Assembly: GCA_022799495.1 (NCBI GenBank)
Contig: JAAWON010000001.1
Location: 39,684-103,683 of the forward strand
Length of the DNA stretch: 64,000 bases
Direction: 5' to 3'
Source: Erysipelotrichaceae bacterium
Lineage (GTDB): Bacteria; Bacillota_I; Bacilli_A; Erysipelotrichales; Erysipelotrichaceae
The position numbers and the translations under genes are program-made. Positions 53,229 through 63,700 of the stretch are shown piece after piece; the first letter of the stretch is position 1, and the number at the start of each line of letters is the position of its first letter. The notes below the pieces were generated by a model, which was not told where the DNA came from, ran no database searches, and saw only the letters and a list, made by a program, of their open reading frames with translations.

Positions 53229-54119
53229 TTATTCCATAAGCATAGAAGTTTTAAAAGCGATATCAAACATTGCCAGAAATGCACTGATTTCCGCAGTCAC
53301 ATCCGCCGCTTCCACATAGTGAAGATTTTGTCTTTCCCATGAAGCAACTGCCAGTTTTGCATTTCCTACACCGAGTTCATCCACACCGATTTCCTCAATC
53401 CATGCGATTCGCTGATCTTCACTTGTGTCGCTCTCATTTAACAAATGTTTCATTGCGTTTAATGCCGCCGTGCTTTTTGTTTCACTGCCCACTTTGACAA
53501 ATACTGCCGCCTGCGGATAACCTTTCCTATCTCCCATAGTGAGTTCTTCTTGTAAATCCGCAAGGATGGACAAATTCATTCCCTGTTCCTTTGCCTTCGC
53601 AATCGTTGCGCTCAATGCCGGCTCCGCTAATAAACCCGCCGCATATTGACCGCTTAATAACTGCGCCTGTACATCCTGCGCGCTATTATAATAGGTAATG
53701 GAATCGCTGATTTTACTATGACGAAGGATCATGCCGGGAACCGCATTTTCACCAAACGCCGCAAAAGGATCACCACTTTGATAGGAATCAGATGCTACCG
53801 CATATAAATTACCCCATGTGATGATTGCCTCCAAACGATAAGCACACTGGCCGCTCTCCATTATTTTTGCTCCCAAATTTACTGGTGCTAGAATGACATC
53901 ATAAACTCCATCCGGTTTCGCTAGTTCAACACTCAGCACATCACTTCCCGATACATAACGCACATCCCCATGCGCTTGCAGGTTCAGTGTAGCAAGTGCC
54001 GGCGCTCCTTGTGGACTCAATAATTGTATCCGTTGTGGGGTGTCTTGCACAGGCGCTGAAGTGCTACACCCCACCAGCATACAGAGGATTGCACAAAGCC
54101 ACAATCGTTTCGTGCTCAT
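53229..54119 (-). CDS. ABC substrate-binding lipoprotein (NitT/TauA-like)
   Basis: Lipobox LVGC; P.GAPA, P.N.GAK, LAEP, YPQA. Confidence 0.8.
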   Translation of the reverse strand: MSTKRLWLCAILCMLVGCSTSAPVQDTPQRIQLLSPQGAPALATLNLQAHGDVRYVSGSDVLSVELAKPDGVYDVILAPVNLGAKIMESGQCAYRLEAIITWGNLYAVASDSYQSGDPFAAFGENAVPGMILRHSKISDSITYYNSAQDVQAQLLSGQYAAGLLAEPALSATIAKAKEQGMNLSILADLQEELTMGDRKGYPQAAVFVKVGSETKSTAALNAMKHLLNESDTSEDQRIAWIEEIGVDELGVGNAKLAVASWERQNLHYVEAADVTAEISAFLAMFDIAFKTSMLME

Positions 54120-54120
54120 C

Positions 54121-55851
54121 TTATGCCTTCCTCTGTACTTCATCCAACAATGACTGGATGCACTGTGCAAATGACAGCGTTTCACTGTCCTTGGACATGG
54201 CACGTCGCAATGTTACGGTACCATCTTGTTCCTCACCCGCTCCAACCACAAGTTGAATCGGGATTTTTTTCACTTGTGCTTCACGAATCCGATAACCCAG
54301 TTTCTCATTGCGTGCATCAACACTAGAACGCAATCCATGCGCCAATAACTGCTCATTGATTTTTTGAGCATAAGCTAAGTGCTGTTCATGATGCACTGGC
54401 ACCACCACAACCTGATGCGGCGCAAGCCATAAGGGGAAATGGCCCGCATAATGCTCAATCAATATACCGATAAAACGTTCAATCGAGCCAAAGATCACAC
54501 GATGCAGCATCACCGGGCGTACCTTACTGCCATCCTTTTCCACATAGGTAATATCGAATCGCTCCGGCAAATTCATATCCAACTGAATCGTACCGCATTG
54601 CCAAACCCTGCCTAAACTATCCTTGATATGGAAATCCAATTTCGGCCCATAGAAAGCACCATCTCCGGGATTGACCTTATAATTTTTTCCAGCATGTTCA
54701 CAAGCCGCCGCAAGTGCCGCCTCACTTTTCTCCCATACCTCCAAAGATCCAATATACTTATCTTTGGGACGTGTAGAAAGTTCAATCTCATAAGATAGTT
54801 GAAACATGGAATAAAAACGATCAATAAAGCGAATCAATGAAATAACCTCGCTCTCAATTTGATCCGGACGCATATAAATATGCGCATCATCCTGTGTAAA
54901 GGTACGCACCCTAAATAAACCATTGAGCGCACCACTGGCCTCATGACGATGGACTTGTCCCAACTCACCCATACGCATTGGTAAATCCTTATAAGAATGT
55001 AGCGCATTCTTAAATACCAACAAAGAACCGGGACAATTCATCGGCTTGATCGCAAATTCACGCTCATCTACCAAAGAAGTATACATGTTTTCACTGTAAT
55101 TATCCCAGTGCCCACTTGTCTCCCAAAGTTCACGACTCATCATAATCGGCGTCTTAATAAAAGTATATCCCTCTTTCGTATGTTCCTCATACCAAAAGTT
55201 TTCTAGTAGATTGCGAATCACCATGCCATCCGGCAAAAAGAAGGGCATTCCGGGCGCATATTCACTCATCATGAACAATCCCATCTCACGTCCTAATTTC
55301 TTGTGATCCCGTTTTTTTGCTTCCTCCAGCAAAGCCAAATGCGCATCCAATTCCTCTTTTGTTTCAAAACATACGCCATAGATACGTTGCAGCATTTTAT
55401 TGTTGGCATCGCCCTTCCAATATGCCCCACTGTGCTTCATCAATTTAAAATGCTTACATTGTTTCACACTCTCCACATGAGGGCCACGGCATAGATCAAC
55501 AAACTCCCCTTGTCGATATATAGTAATATTGCCATCGCTCAGATCACGAATCAACTCCAGTTTATAGAAATCATCATGAAACAATTCCATTGCATCTTTC
55601 TTGGAAATCTCCTCACGTACAATGCGTTTGCCATCCTTGGCAATCTTCTTCATTTCCTTTTCGATTTTAGCCAAGTCCTCATCCTTAATTACATCATCAC
55701 CGAGATCAATGTCATAATAGAAACCCTCGGAAACAACAGGCCCCACCCAAAAGCGAGCCTGCGGATACAATCGTTTTACCGCCTGCGCCATCATATGCGC
55801 ACAAGAGTGATTCAATACACTTAATTTTGCATCTTCTTTAAAATCAACCAT
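54121..55851 (-). CDS. thrS: threonyl-tRNA synthetase (no N-terminal TGS domain)
   Basis: HSCAH, DLCRGPH, RDHKKLG, KPMNCP, GAFYGPKLD, GS.ERF. Confidence 0.98.
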   Translation of the reverse strand: MVDFKEDAKLSVLNHSCAHMMAQAVKRLYPQARFWVGPVVSEGFYYDIDLGDDVIKDEDLAKIEKEMKKIAKDGKRIVREEISKKDAMELFHDDFYKLELIRDLSDGNITIYRQGEFVDLCRGPHVESVKQCKHFKLMKHSGAYWKGDANNKMLQRIYGVCFETKEELDAHLALLEEAKKRDHKKLGREMGLFMMSEYAPGMPFFLPDGMVIRNLLENFWYEEHTKEGYTFIKTPIMMSRELWETSGHWDNYSENMYTSLVDEREFAIKPMNCPGSLLVFKNALHSYKDLPMRMGELGQVHRHEASGALNGLFRVRTFTQDDAHIYMRPDQIESEVISLIRFIDRFYSMFQLSYEIELSTRPKDKYIGSLEVWEKSEAALAAACEHAGKNYKVNPGDGAFYGPKLDFHIKDSLGRVWQCGTIQLDMNLPERFDITYVEKDGSKVRPVMLHRVIFGSIERFIGILIEHYAGHFPLWLAPHQVVVVPVHHEQHLAYAQKINEQLLAHGLRSSVDARNEKLGYRIREAQVKKIPIQLVVGAGEEQDGTVTLRRAMSKDSETLSFAQCIQSLLDEVQRKA

Positions 55852-55869
55852 AATCATACTCCTTTCCAT

Positions 55870-56100
55870 AAAAAAAGACTGCGTTCAAAGGACGTCAGTC
55901 AATACGCGGTACCACCTTTGTTCATAAAACAAACATTCTTGTTTTATGCACTTTCGTCTGCGTAACGTGCAGATGACGATACAACCTTTCGGAAGACTGC
56001 TCCAAGGGAGTAAGGTATGCCGCTCTCAACGATCTCTCAGCAACCGATCGTCTCTCTGATCAAGCAAATCACACCTCATATCCTTTTCATCGCATTTCTA
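55870..56100 (-). ncRNA. T-box leader (Thr specifier)
   Basis: GA motif GCGATGAA/TTGGAGC, AGAGA and GCTGAGA motifs, ACU/ACC Thr codon near the specifier, T-box AAAGGTGGTACCGCG, terminator gactg...cagtc-ttttttt. Confidence 0.92.
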
Positions 56101-56173
56101 TGAACATTTTATACACCAATCCACAGTTTTTGTCAATAGAATTGCTTTACTTATCAATACGCATCTACCTCAC

Positions 56174-57118
56174 TTATTCCAAGCATTGCCCCATCCAACT
56201 CTTGCCCTGCGCATTCGCAAAGGATTTCGCATCCACCTTTGCTTTCCCCTCAACCTGTAATTCATCGGCGAGTACATAACCGCCCGCAAAGGCAAATGCA
56301 TAGCCACCCTCTTTCATTCCGCATAATTCACCCGCTTTATGATCATGGCTGCACACCAATTTACGCACCTTATGGAATTTCAACTTCTTTCCTTGAATCA
56401 ACGCATAAGCACACGGATGAGGAATCAGAGAACGCATTTGATCATAAACTCGATGAACATTTTGATCAAGCGAAATACGCTCATCTTCCTTAGTGATATT
56501 ATAGGCAAAACTAGCGGCTGCCTCATCTTGTTCGTAAAACTGTGCAGAATGATCCAACAATTTCACAACACTGTCATGAAGCAATGATGCCCCACACACC
56601 TTTAATTTTTCATATACGGAACCATAGGTATCCATCTCATCGATCTCCACCTCATCCTGAGCCATAATCGCCCCGGCATCCATGCGTGCCACCATACGCA
56701 TAATAGAAATACCCGTTTTGGATTCTCCTTTGCGAATTGCCCACTGAATCGGCGCACCGCCACGATAGCGCGGCAATAAAGACGCATGCACATTGATTGA
56801 TCCATATTGTGGATACTCCAATACTGCCTGTGGAATAAACTGTCCATAGGCACAAGTCACAATCAAATCAGGCTGCCAATCAAGAATGGTCTGATAATCT
56901 TCTTTGATACTGATTGGCTGGAAAACATTTAAGTGATGCGCTTCAGCCATTTGCTTTACCGCACTGCTCGTTATCGCTTGCTTTCTGCCCACCTTTTTAT
57001 CCGGTTGTGTCACAACACCAACCACATGATAATCATCTGCCAATAACTGTTCCAGCATCGCACAGGCAATATCAGGGGTTCCCATAAATACAATGTTCGC
57101 TTCCATATTGATTTCCAT
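56174..57118 (-). CDS. fmt: methionyl-tRNA formyltransferase
   Basis: IVFMGTP, VVTQPD, INVHASLLPRYRGGAPI, MDAG. Confidence 0.96.
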   Translation of the reverse strand: MEINMEANIVFMGTPDIACAMLEQLLADDYHVVGVVTQPDKKVGRKQAITSSAVKQMAEAHHLNVFQPISIKEDYQTILDWQPDLIVTCAYGQFIPQAVLEYPQYGSINVHASLLPRYRGGAPIQWAIRKGESKTGISIMRMVARMDAGAIMAQDEVEIDEMDTYGSVYEKLKVCGASLLHDSVVKLLDHSAQFYEQDEAAASFAYNITKEDERISLDQNVHRVYDQMRSLIPHPCAYALIQGKKLKFHKVRKLVCSHDHKAGELCGMKEGGYAFAFAGGYVLADELQVEGKAKVDAKSFANAQGKSWMGQCLE

Positions 57119-57223
57119 GATGCACCCCCGCTAGAGGGCATCATCTTCCTTTCTTAAATTGCGCTTTTAACTAACATCACAAGATCAGTATTACAAGCGC
57201 AAATTATTATCTTTATTATACCA
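57117..57223 (-). promoter_or_regulatory. structured 5' leader of fmt (extended -10, two hairpins)
   Basis: TGGTATAAT at 57215-57223; hairpin 57159-57202; hairpin 57117-57144 covering the fmt SD. Confidence 0.5.
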
Positions 57224-57478
57224 TGTCCGCTGCCATTCATAAACCAAACATTGCCATTTCCCTAAAAGAAGACCCCTATAAGCACCCTGTGCTCATCACT
57301 ATATCTCCATGTGTAAATGAAGGATACTAAAAATTCATATCGCACATACTGCGTCTTTTCTTTTGATTTCTTCTTTTCAGCAGTAAATAAAAGTGATAGA
57401 ATGTAAAAGTAAACAGAGAAACCTCATCGTTACCATACGATATAGCATACGGTTTCTTGCAGAAGGGATGTGCCCTAA

Positions 57479-58093
57479 ATGATCACAAAAACCACACTAA
57501 AAACCATTGATCGCGCCATCAAAGATCTGTGGATCAATGAGCTTTATACCGACTATCGCAAAGGTTATTTCATAAACAAGGACAGTTTGCGCTGTAGCTT
57601 TTATCATCATTTACAAACCGCTTTGTCACCACTGTTCAACGAAAAACAGTTGTATCTATATCCCAATTTCTATGTAGTTGAGTTGAATCTTGTTGCGGAT
57701 TTGGCAATTGTACATATGGATATGACCTTAAATACCAAACAGATGAATGATAAAATGACCTATATTGCGACCATCATAGAACTGAATTATCGAAATGAGA
57801 CAGCGATGCACAATGACTCTATTCTTTTAAGCGATACGATCAAACTGAAACAATATGCACAAGCCAAAAAGCCCGGTTGTCAATATTACTGCGCCTGCAT
57901 TCATGAAGCTGAAAATGACTATTTAGATTGGCTGACCCTGCGCAGCCAACAGCCGGATCGCTGGCTAGAAGGGGCCATGAGCGAACTGAATGCCGGCTAT
58001 ATGGGAGACCATCTGTTTTTTGAAGTCAACTCCGGTAATCATTTCAATTACCGTCATAAACGCACCTCATGCGAAACAACGATCGATGGATGA
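57479..58093 (+). CDS. hypothetical protein, possibly PD-(D/E)xK nuclease-like fold
   Basis: SL...FY..L, ADLAIV, IIELNY pattern. Confidence 0.6.
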   Translation: MITKTTLKTIDRAIKDLWINELYTDYRKGYFINKDSLRCSFYHHLQTALSPLFNEKQLYLYPNFYVVELNLVADLAIVHMDMTLNTKQMNDKMTYIATIIELNYRNETAMHNDSILLSDTIKLKQYAQAKKPGCQYYCACIHEAENDYLDWLTLRSQQPDRWLEGAMSELNAGYMGDHLFFEVNSGNHFNYRHKRTSCETTIDG

Positions 58094-58114
58094 TGAGTAT
58101 CTCTTTCCTTTTCC

Positions 58115-58411
58115 TTATTGCATAAGGCCATAAACAAATTGCGACAATAAGGACATCCCCTTATCCATCACATCCACCACAAAATCACTGCCTGCCGCCG
58201 CCATTCTGGATGCGGCATTTTCTTCGATCGGATTGAGTCGCGAACTCTCCACCTTTTGTTCAATTGGACGATGACGCGCCACATCCTCCTCAAACTCGGA
58301 TATTTTCTCATCCAACTGCGGTTTTTCATCTGCATCATGAAGATAACTCACCAACGTGACCAACAGCCAAATCAATAGCGCATCCGTTAAAAACCGTTTC
58401 ATCTCACTCAC
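58115..58411 (-). CDS. small membrane-anchored protein (positional YqxA-like)
   Basis: N-terminal TM; coupled to spoIIP as yqxA is in B. subtilis. Confidence 0.6.
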   Translation of the reverse strand: MSEMKRFLTDALLIWLLVTLVSYLHDADEKPQLDEKISEFEEDVARHRPIEQKVESSRLNPIEENAASRMAAAGSDFVVDVMDKGMSLLSQFVYGLMQ

Positions 58412-59316
58412 CTCACCAAATACTCATAGATGCCATCTGCCAATATCGACATGGATCCGCGCACCTCTTCAAAAGGATTTACATCACCACCGCATTCAAT
58501 CAGCATCATCCGTTCACTAACCTGCTGATTATAATAGGCTTCCCGCACCATTGGTGTACGCATAATACCATGAACCTTAGCGTCGATTATGTCAGACAAT
58601 GTCGTAGATTCTTTTTGAATCACTTCGGCATGATCACTCAAACCGCCAATCACCATCATCATCTTTGCATATTGCTTATCACCAACTTTCAAATAACTGG
58701 CTTCTCGAGGAATCGCATCACGATGCAGATCAATGATTAAATCAAAACCGCCATAATTCACCAAAGCATCATTTAAATAATTATAAGAAGCCTGATAACT
58801 CTGATTGTAATTCAATCCTCGATTTTTTAAATACGAATTAAAATCGGCATTCTCTAAAACCACATGAATACCACGCGCTTCCAATTCATTGCCCAATATC
58901 GCAGCCGCATCCATCACTGTCTGACCACCCGCATATCCCTCTCCTTGATGCGTGTTATAAATATATACGGTTTTTCCACTGTCCTTGACTGGTTCCTCTT
59001 CTTCCCTTTGATCCGCATGTGGAGGTTCACTAGGGGATTGCGTAGTAGCATCCGACGAATCCTGTGTTTGCGGATTGCGTTCCTGCGTTGTTTTAAACTT
59101 AAATTCATCTTCAATGGTAAAATCGGCATGATAAGATAACAGATTCATTTGATCCTTGATTGAGATGCCTTCATCAAATGTATGTTGGTAATAAACAAAT
59201 GCATTCAAAAAACCGTTTTGATTCATGATTTCATTGATGCCGCTGAAAAACGGTGTGATACATAAAAAACCTGCCAAAAGCAGTATTTTGCATACAATCT
59301 TCACACTAGTTTTCAT
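58408..59316 (-). CDS. spoIIP: stage II sporulation protein P
   Basis: VYIYNTH..E.Y, SY..S, IDLHRDA, YNQ, LIE.GG..N. Confidence 0.92.
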   Translation of the reverse strand: MKTSVKIVCKILLLAGFLCITPFFSGINEIMNQNGFLNAFVYYQHTFDEGISIKDQMNLLSYHADFTIEDEFKFKTTQERNPQTQDSSDATTQSPSEPPHADQREEEEPVKDSGKTVYIYNTHQGEGYAGGQTVMDAAAILGNELEARGIHVVLENADFNSYLKNRGLNYNQSYQASYNYLNDALVNYGGFDLIIDLHRDAIPREASYLKVGDKQYAKMMMVIGGLSDHAEVIQKESTTLSDIIDAKVHGIMRTPMVREAYYNQQVSERMMLIECGGDVNPFEEVRGSMSILADGIYEYLVR

Positions 59317-59337
59317 AAGAAAGCACCCCCTCACATC

Positions 59338-59366
59338 AATGTATGCGATCCGGAGTGCTTTTATGT
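59338..59366 (-). promoter_or_regulatory. sigma-E promoter of spoIIP
   Basis: acATAa-15 nt-CATACATT. Confidence 0.65.
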
Positions 59367-59416
59367 GAAAAGAATTGAATCATGCCATGACCATTTAACT
59401 TTCATGGCAGTTTTAA

Positions 59417-60292
59417 TTAAAGCTTTAAATAATTGGGATGAACGATGCGATTGATACTTTCTGACAGTAAATAGGAAAGATGCTTCAATTCATCATCCAT
59501 CGACTTAGGGGTTACAACAAGATCTAACTGTTCTTTTTGTTTTAGTTGTTGTAGTACCATTTCCTGATCCATCTGTGTCTCCTCCATCAGATCTGCTAAA
59601 ATCGCTCCGATACTTGTTACAGTTGCCACGCCAATCGCAATGACAGGAATCCCCAAACTTTCTTTATTCAGAGCACTGCGATGATTTCCTACCCCACTGC
59701 CCGGCTGAATCCCGGTATTGTTTATTTGAATTACGCGATTGATGCGCGCTATATTGCGTGTTGCCAATGCATCCACAGCGATCAGCAGATCAGGATGATA
59801 ACTGTTTACTAAACCACGAATAATGGATAAGGACTCCAAGCCGGTTTGCCCCATGACACCGGGCTGGATCACCGCTACATTGCGTGTTCCTTTTAACATC
59901 TGTTGATCCTCATTCGCATAGTAATGCGCAGTCACCAAGATATCATCACATACCTTTGGTCCCAGTGCATCCGATGTAATAAAGCGATTTCCTAATCCCG
60001 CAACTAGAATACGCTTCGGTTTTAGTTTCATAGAACGAAACATCGTGCGCAGCTGTGCACACACTTCATCAATGATTGCCTCACGCTGGTCATGATCAAA
60101 AAGATGCGCAAACTGGACACTGACATAATCTCCGACTTCTTTTCCCAGCGCATTATCTTTCGTCAGCACTTGGATGTAACTGCTTTGAATATGGCCACGG
60201 GTACGCTTTTTATGGGTAAAGGTCGCATCTTGACGGGTACACCCTTCCATTTCATCCGCAAAATCTGTTCGTATGGAATAATCTAATTTCAT
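59417..60292 (-). CDS. gpr: germination protease GPR
   Basis: IRTDFADE, GLGN..IT.DALGP, PGVMGQTG.E, DALA, PGSGVGN.R. Confidence 0.96.
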   Translation of the reverse strand: MKLDYSIRTDFADEMEGCTRQDATFTHKKRTRGHIQSSYIQVLTKDNALGKEVGDYVSVQFAHLFDHDQREAIIDEVCAQLRTMFRSMKLKPKRILVAGLGNRFITSDALGPKVCDDILVTAHYYANEDQQMLKGTRNVAVIQPGVMGQTGLESLSIIRGLVNSYHPDLLIAVDALATRNIARINRVIQINNTGIQPGSGVGNHRSALNKESLGIPVIAIGVATVTSIGAILADLMEETQMDQEMVLQQLKQKEQLDLVVTPKSMDDELKHLSYLLSESINRIVHPNYLKL

Positions 60293-60313
60293 ATGGATCG
60301 CCTCATTTGATTC

Positions 60314-60343
60314 TAGTATGGTTTTTTTTACAGTAATTATTGC
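60314..60343 (-). promoter_or_regulatory. sigma-G/F-type promoter of gpr
   Basis: GCAATA-17 nt-CATACTA. Confidence 0.55.
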
Positions 60344-60400
60344 TTTTTCATCTTTGGTTTGATATAATTTGTAGGCAATTGAAAATGAGGAGGTGTAGAT

Positions 60401-60664
60401 ATGCCACAAATCCAGTCTCAGAAAAAGCGTGTTAAAACCAACAACAAAAGAACCTTAGCTGTTGCGTCTCAGAAATCCGCATTGAAAACATCCATTAAAA
60501 AAGTATTGGCTGCGGTAGATGCAAAGGATAAGGACGCTGCGTTGAACGCATATAGTACGGCAAGCAGTAAGTTAGACAAGGCAGTAGCAAAGGGAATCCA
60601 TCACCGTAACTACGCAAGCCGTCAAAAATCACGTTTGGCAAAGGCAATCAATACAATCGCCTAA
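60401..60664 (+). CDS. rpsT: 30S ribosomal protein S20
   Basis: PQIQSQKKR...KS.LKT.IKK...DKA..KGI.H.N.ASR.KSRL. Confidence 0.97.
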   Translation: MPQIQSQKKRVKTNNKRTLAVASQKSALKTSIKKVLAAVDAKDKDAALNAYSTASSKLDKAVAKGIHHRNYASRQKSRLAKAINTIA

Positions 60665-60749
60665 GCAATGATTCGCAAATGCGGATCTTTTTTTATAGTT
60701 TAAATACAAAAAAAGAACAGATCACATGATAATCTGAACTTTTTTCTAT

Positions 60750-63700
60750 CTAATTCTGAAACAAGGCCATAATTTGATCCATACGCATGGACTTGATACT
60801 GCCATCGTTTTGTGCAACGAAGTTGTCAGCTAATTCCTGCTTGCGCGCTTGCAGCTTCTGAATGCGTTCCTCAATGCTGTTCTTCATAATCAGTGAAAAC
60901 ACCTGCACATTTTGATTCTGACCGATGCGATAAGCACGATCGGTTGCCTGATTTTGGGCGGACAGGTTCCACCATGGATCATAATGAATCACCGCTTGTG
61001 CGGCTGTCAGATTCAAGCCAGTTCCCCCTGCTTTCAAAGAAATCAAAAAAACATCTGCCTTTCCCTGCTGGAACTGTTCCACCATGGTACGACGCTCATT
61101 TTTATTGCTTTGACCGGTAAGTTTCAAACAGCGCAGATGTACCCGTCGCAATTCCTCCTCTATCAACTCCAACATCGAAGTAAAAGCGGAAAACAATAAA
61201 ATACGCTGATTGGCTTCTTTTAACGATAAACAAAGTTCTACACATGCCTCTAGCTTGGATGAAGTACGATCCACATTTTCATATACCAATCGCGGCTCGC
61301 AGCACAACTGGCGCAGCCGGGTCAATAATGCCAATACCTGTATTTGATTCATTTCATTTGTTTCAAACTGAGTCTGTAACTGGGTGTAAGCCTGCATCTG
61401 ATTGGCAAGATAAAGGCGCTCTTCCTCCTCACGAAAGGGAATCATTAAGGTTTGTTCGATTTTTTGTGGCAATTCCTTTAGTACTTCCTGTTTGCGACGG
61501 CGCAACATAAATGGTTCTACCAATTGCTTTAGGCGTTGCGTGGCTGCTTCATCCTGATCTTTGACAATTGGTTTTTCATATTCGCGCAGAAAATATGCAT
61601 AACTGTATAAATAACCCGGCATAAGGAAATCAAAGACTGACCACAATTCAGCCAAGGAATTTTCGATTGGCGTTCCACTGAGCGCAAGGCGATGGGTTGC
61701 CTTCAATTCTTTCACACAGTGTGCATTTTTGCTTTTTTGATTTTTGATAAACTGTGCCTCATCCAATATAGCATAATGAAAATGCATAGATTTATATTGA
61801 GAGATATCACGACGCAGATAATCATACGATGTAATCAGCACATCATAACCGGCACACTGAGAAATGAGTTTTGCGCGTTGAGATGCTTTTCCAACAATAC
61901 ATAAAGCCCTAAGTTCTTTGGTAAATTTGTTGATTTCATCCTGCCAATTATAGATCAATGAGGCAGGGACTACAATGATGCTAAGACCATGCGCTTTCTC
62001 ACTTTCCAATAATGCGATGACTTGAACGCTTTTCCCTAATCCCATATCATCCGCTAAGATTGCGCCAAACTGGTAGTGATTCATGAGTTTTAGCCATTGA
62101 TAACCCGCTATTTGATAATCACGCAAGATCGAACCATAGGGTGCTGGTAGTGTAAATGCTTCACTTTCTTTGCATTGAATTCGCTCTTGCAGTTTCTTAC
62201 ATGCGGCAGAACGACTGATCTGTATGCCTGCTTCCTGTTCAGGTAATGCCGCCAAACTCATGGAGCGATACAGTGGAACCTGCACTGTGCCAGCTTGGAT
62301 TTGCTTGGGCAATATCTGAAGCATATTCGTCAAATGATCAAGTTCACGTAGTTGGGGCGCATCCAAGGAGATCAACTGTCCATTATTCAAACGGTGATAT
62401 TTCTGCTTGCGCCGATAAGAACGCAGTAAGGCAAATAATTCTTCCTGTGGAATCTCATTGCTGTCAAACGCCAACTCCAACAACTGCTTCGATATTCGTA
62501 CCCCAAGGGAGATACGCAAGGGCCGCTGCTTGCGCAAATGCAAAATCGCATCACTGATATAAATATCGCAGTAAGTTTGTAAAAAGGATAATCCATCCTG
62601 CAAAAACGAATAAACGCTATCATCATCTCCGCGTAGATATGCAATATGTTGACTCATATCCACCTCAGTGGCAAAACCATAAATATATTGCTCCACCAGT
62701 TCCATTGACAGTGGCTTCTCTTGGTTTTGTTCGCAAAAGCCGTATATCGTTTTTTCTTCCCCTTTCCCCTCCAGTCGTAAGGACAACACACCCTCATCAT
62801 CCATATCCCCATAAAGCGCAAGTTGTAAACTCTCCTCCTGCATCGACTGTGGCAATTCATCATCACATTGTATGTAATCACGCAATGGCTGCCAGATGTA
62901 TTTGCCAAACTGTGGCAGATATTCCTTTCCTACCAAAAGTTCTCCTTTTGCCGCAATGAAGTGCTGTAATAAGCGACAAGCACTGCCTAACTCATCAAAG
63001 CGATAACGAATCACTCCTGAATCATGCGCCTGATATAACCCGCTTTCATCTAAGTAACCGATGGATAAATGCGGATAATTACAAAGTTCAATGCGCAACA
63101 ATGTTTCTTCTTCATGAAGTTTTATTTGCATACAAAGTGATTGTTCCTCACAATCTATATAACAGTATTCTTTCGGCAATTGTTCACAAAGCTCATATAA
63201 ATAACGCAAATCTCTTTTACGAATCAGAATAAGCCCTTTATTCCAATTCTGTACCGAATCCTTCCATAATCGAAATAAAAAATGCAGAATATTTTGACTG
63301 TCCGCATCAAAAGCATCCATATGATGGACAAATTCCAGTTCTTTGCCATAACGGATGGACTGATTTTCCTTCACTGCCGTTAATAGTTGATGAATGTTTT
63401 TTACAAAATATTTGCGTTTACGACCAAGTTTCAAGCGAAAGTAAAGGCCTGTCTCATAACCATAATGCTCATGGCCTTGGATTACGAGGGTTAATTGGAT
63501 GCTGCCGCTTTGATCCACACATACGCTACGTAACAACTGCTCGCGCTCATTACGAATCAAATCAGCGGTTCTTGCGATATGGGATGCTGTAATGCGGCGA
63601 CGCATTTCTTCTTCCATTCGCTGTCGTTCCAAGTGAGCACGCTGCATCTGTCTTTCCTTTGCGATCCGTAAGCTTTCCATATCCGCCAGCCATTGCCTAA

